Assembly (NCBI GenBank): GCA_965237805.1
Contig: OZ250153.1
Location: 1,088,001-1,152,000 of the forward strand
Direction of reading: 5' to 3'
Length of the DNA: 64,000 bases
From: Gammaproteobacteria bacterium
GTDB lineage: Bacteria; Pseudomonadota; Gammaproteobacteria; JABABF01
Shown piece after piece: positions 63,967 to 64,000 of the stretch (position 1 is its first letter; each line of letters opens with the position of its first letter). The notes below the pieces were generated by a model. That model was given only the letters and a program-made list of their open reading frames with translations, ran no database searches and was not told where the DNA came from. A program made the translations under genes and the position numbers.

Positions 63967-64000
63967 GCCAAGTTTAATTTGGCTTTAGCCAAATCCCAAA

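Overview
GC-rich gammaproteobacterial chromosome segment near the replication origin. The core genes are parA-parB, the F1F0 atp operon, glmU-glmS, alkA, uvrD, a TRAP transporter, an SPFH/NfeD pair, frmA-fghA, purE-tsaC-hemF-aroE, rlmB-rnr, zapA-6S RNA-ygfA, ilvA, rpiA, MFS transporters, fba and an NDH-2. AT-rich accessory insertions are interspersed: a post-glmS island, a lone 763-aa TM/P-loop ATPase gene, DUF3883, nnrS/qNor, a pentapeptide-repeat gene and Fic genes. Five features stand out. (1) Foreign cargo is repeatedly bracketed by ~100-490 bp duplicated ends of resident genes with no integrase in the window, most strongly in a nested rpiA-MFS hotspot at 46.6-57.1 kb. (2) A gene with motifs of eukaryotic MGAT4/GT54 GlcNAc-transferases lies head-to-head with glmU-glmS. 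(3) RlmB carries a ~300-aa tandem RGG/YG-repeat N-terminus. (4) Two paralogous lipoprotein genes and an Smr-domain gene sit inside the atp operon. (5) A Fic-derived winged HTH is fused in frame to IlvA. All family calls come from recalled motifs and synteny; no searches were run. A host-associated (e.g. marine invertebrate symbiont) lifestyle is only an inference.
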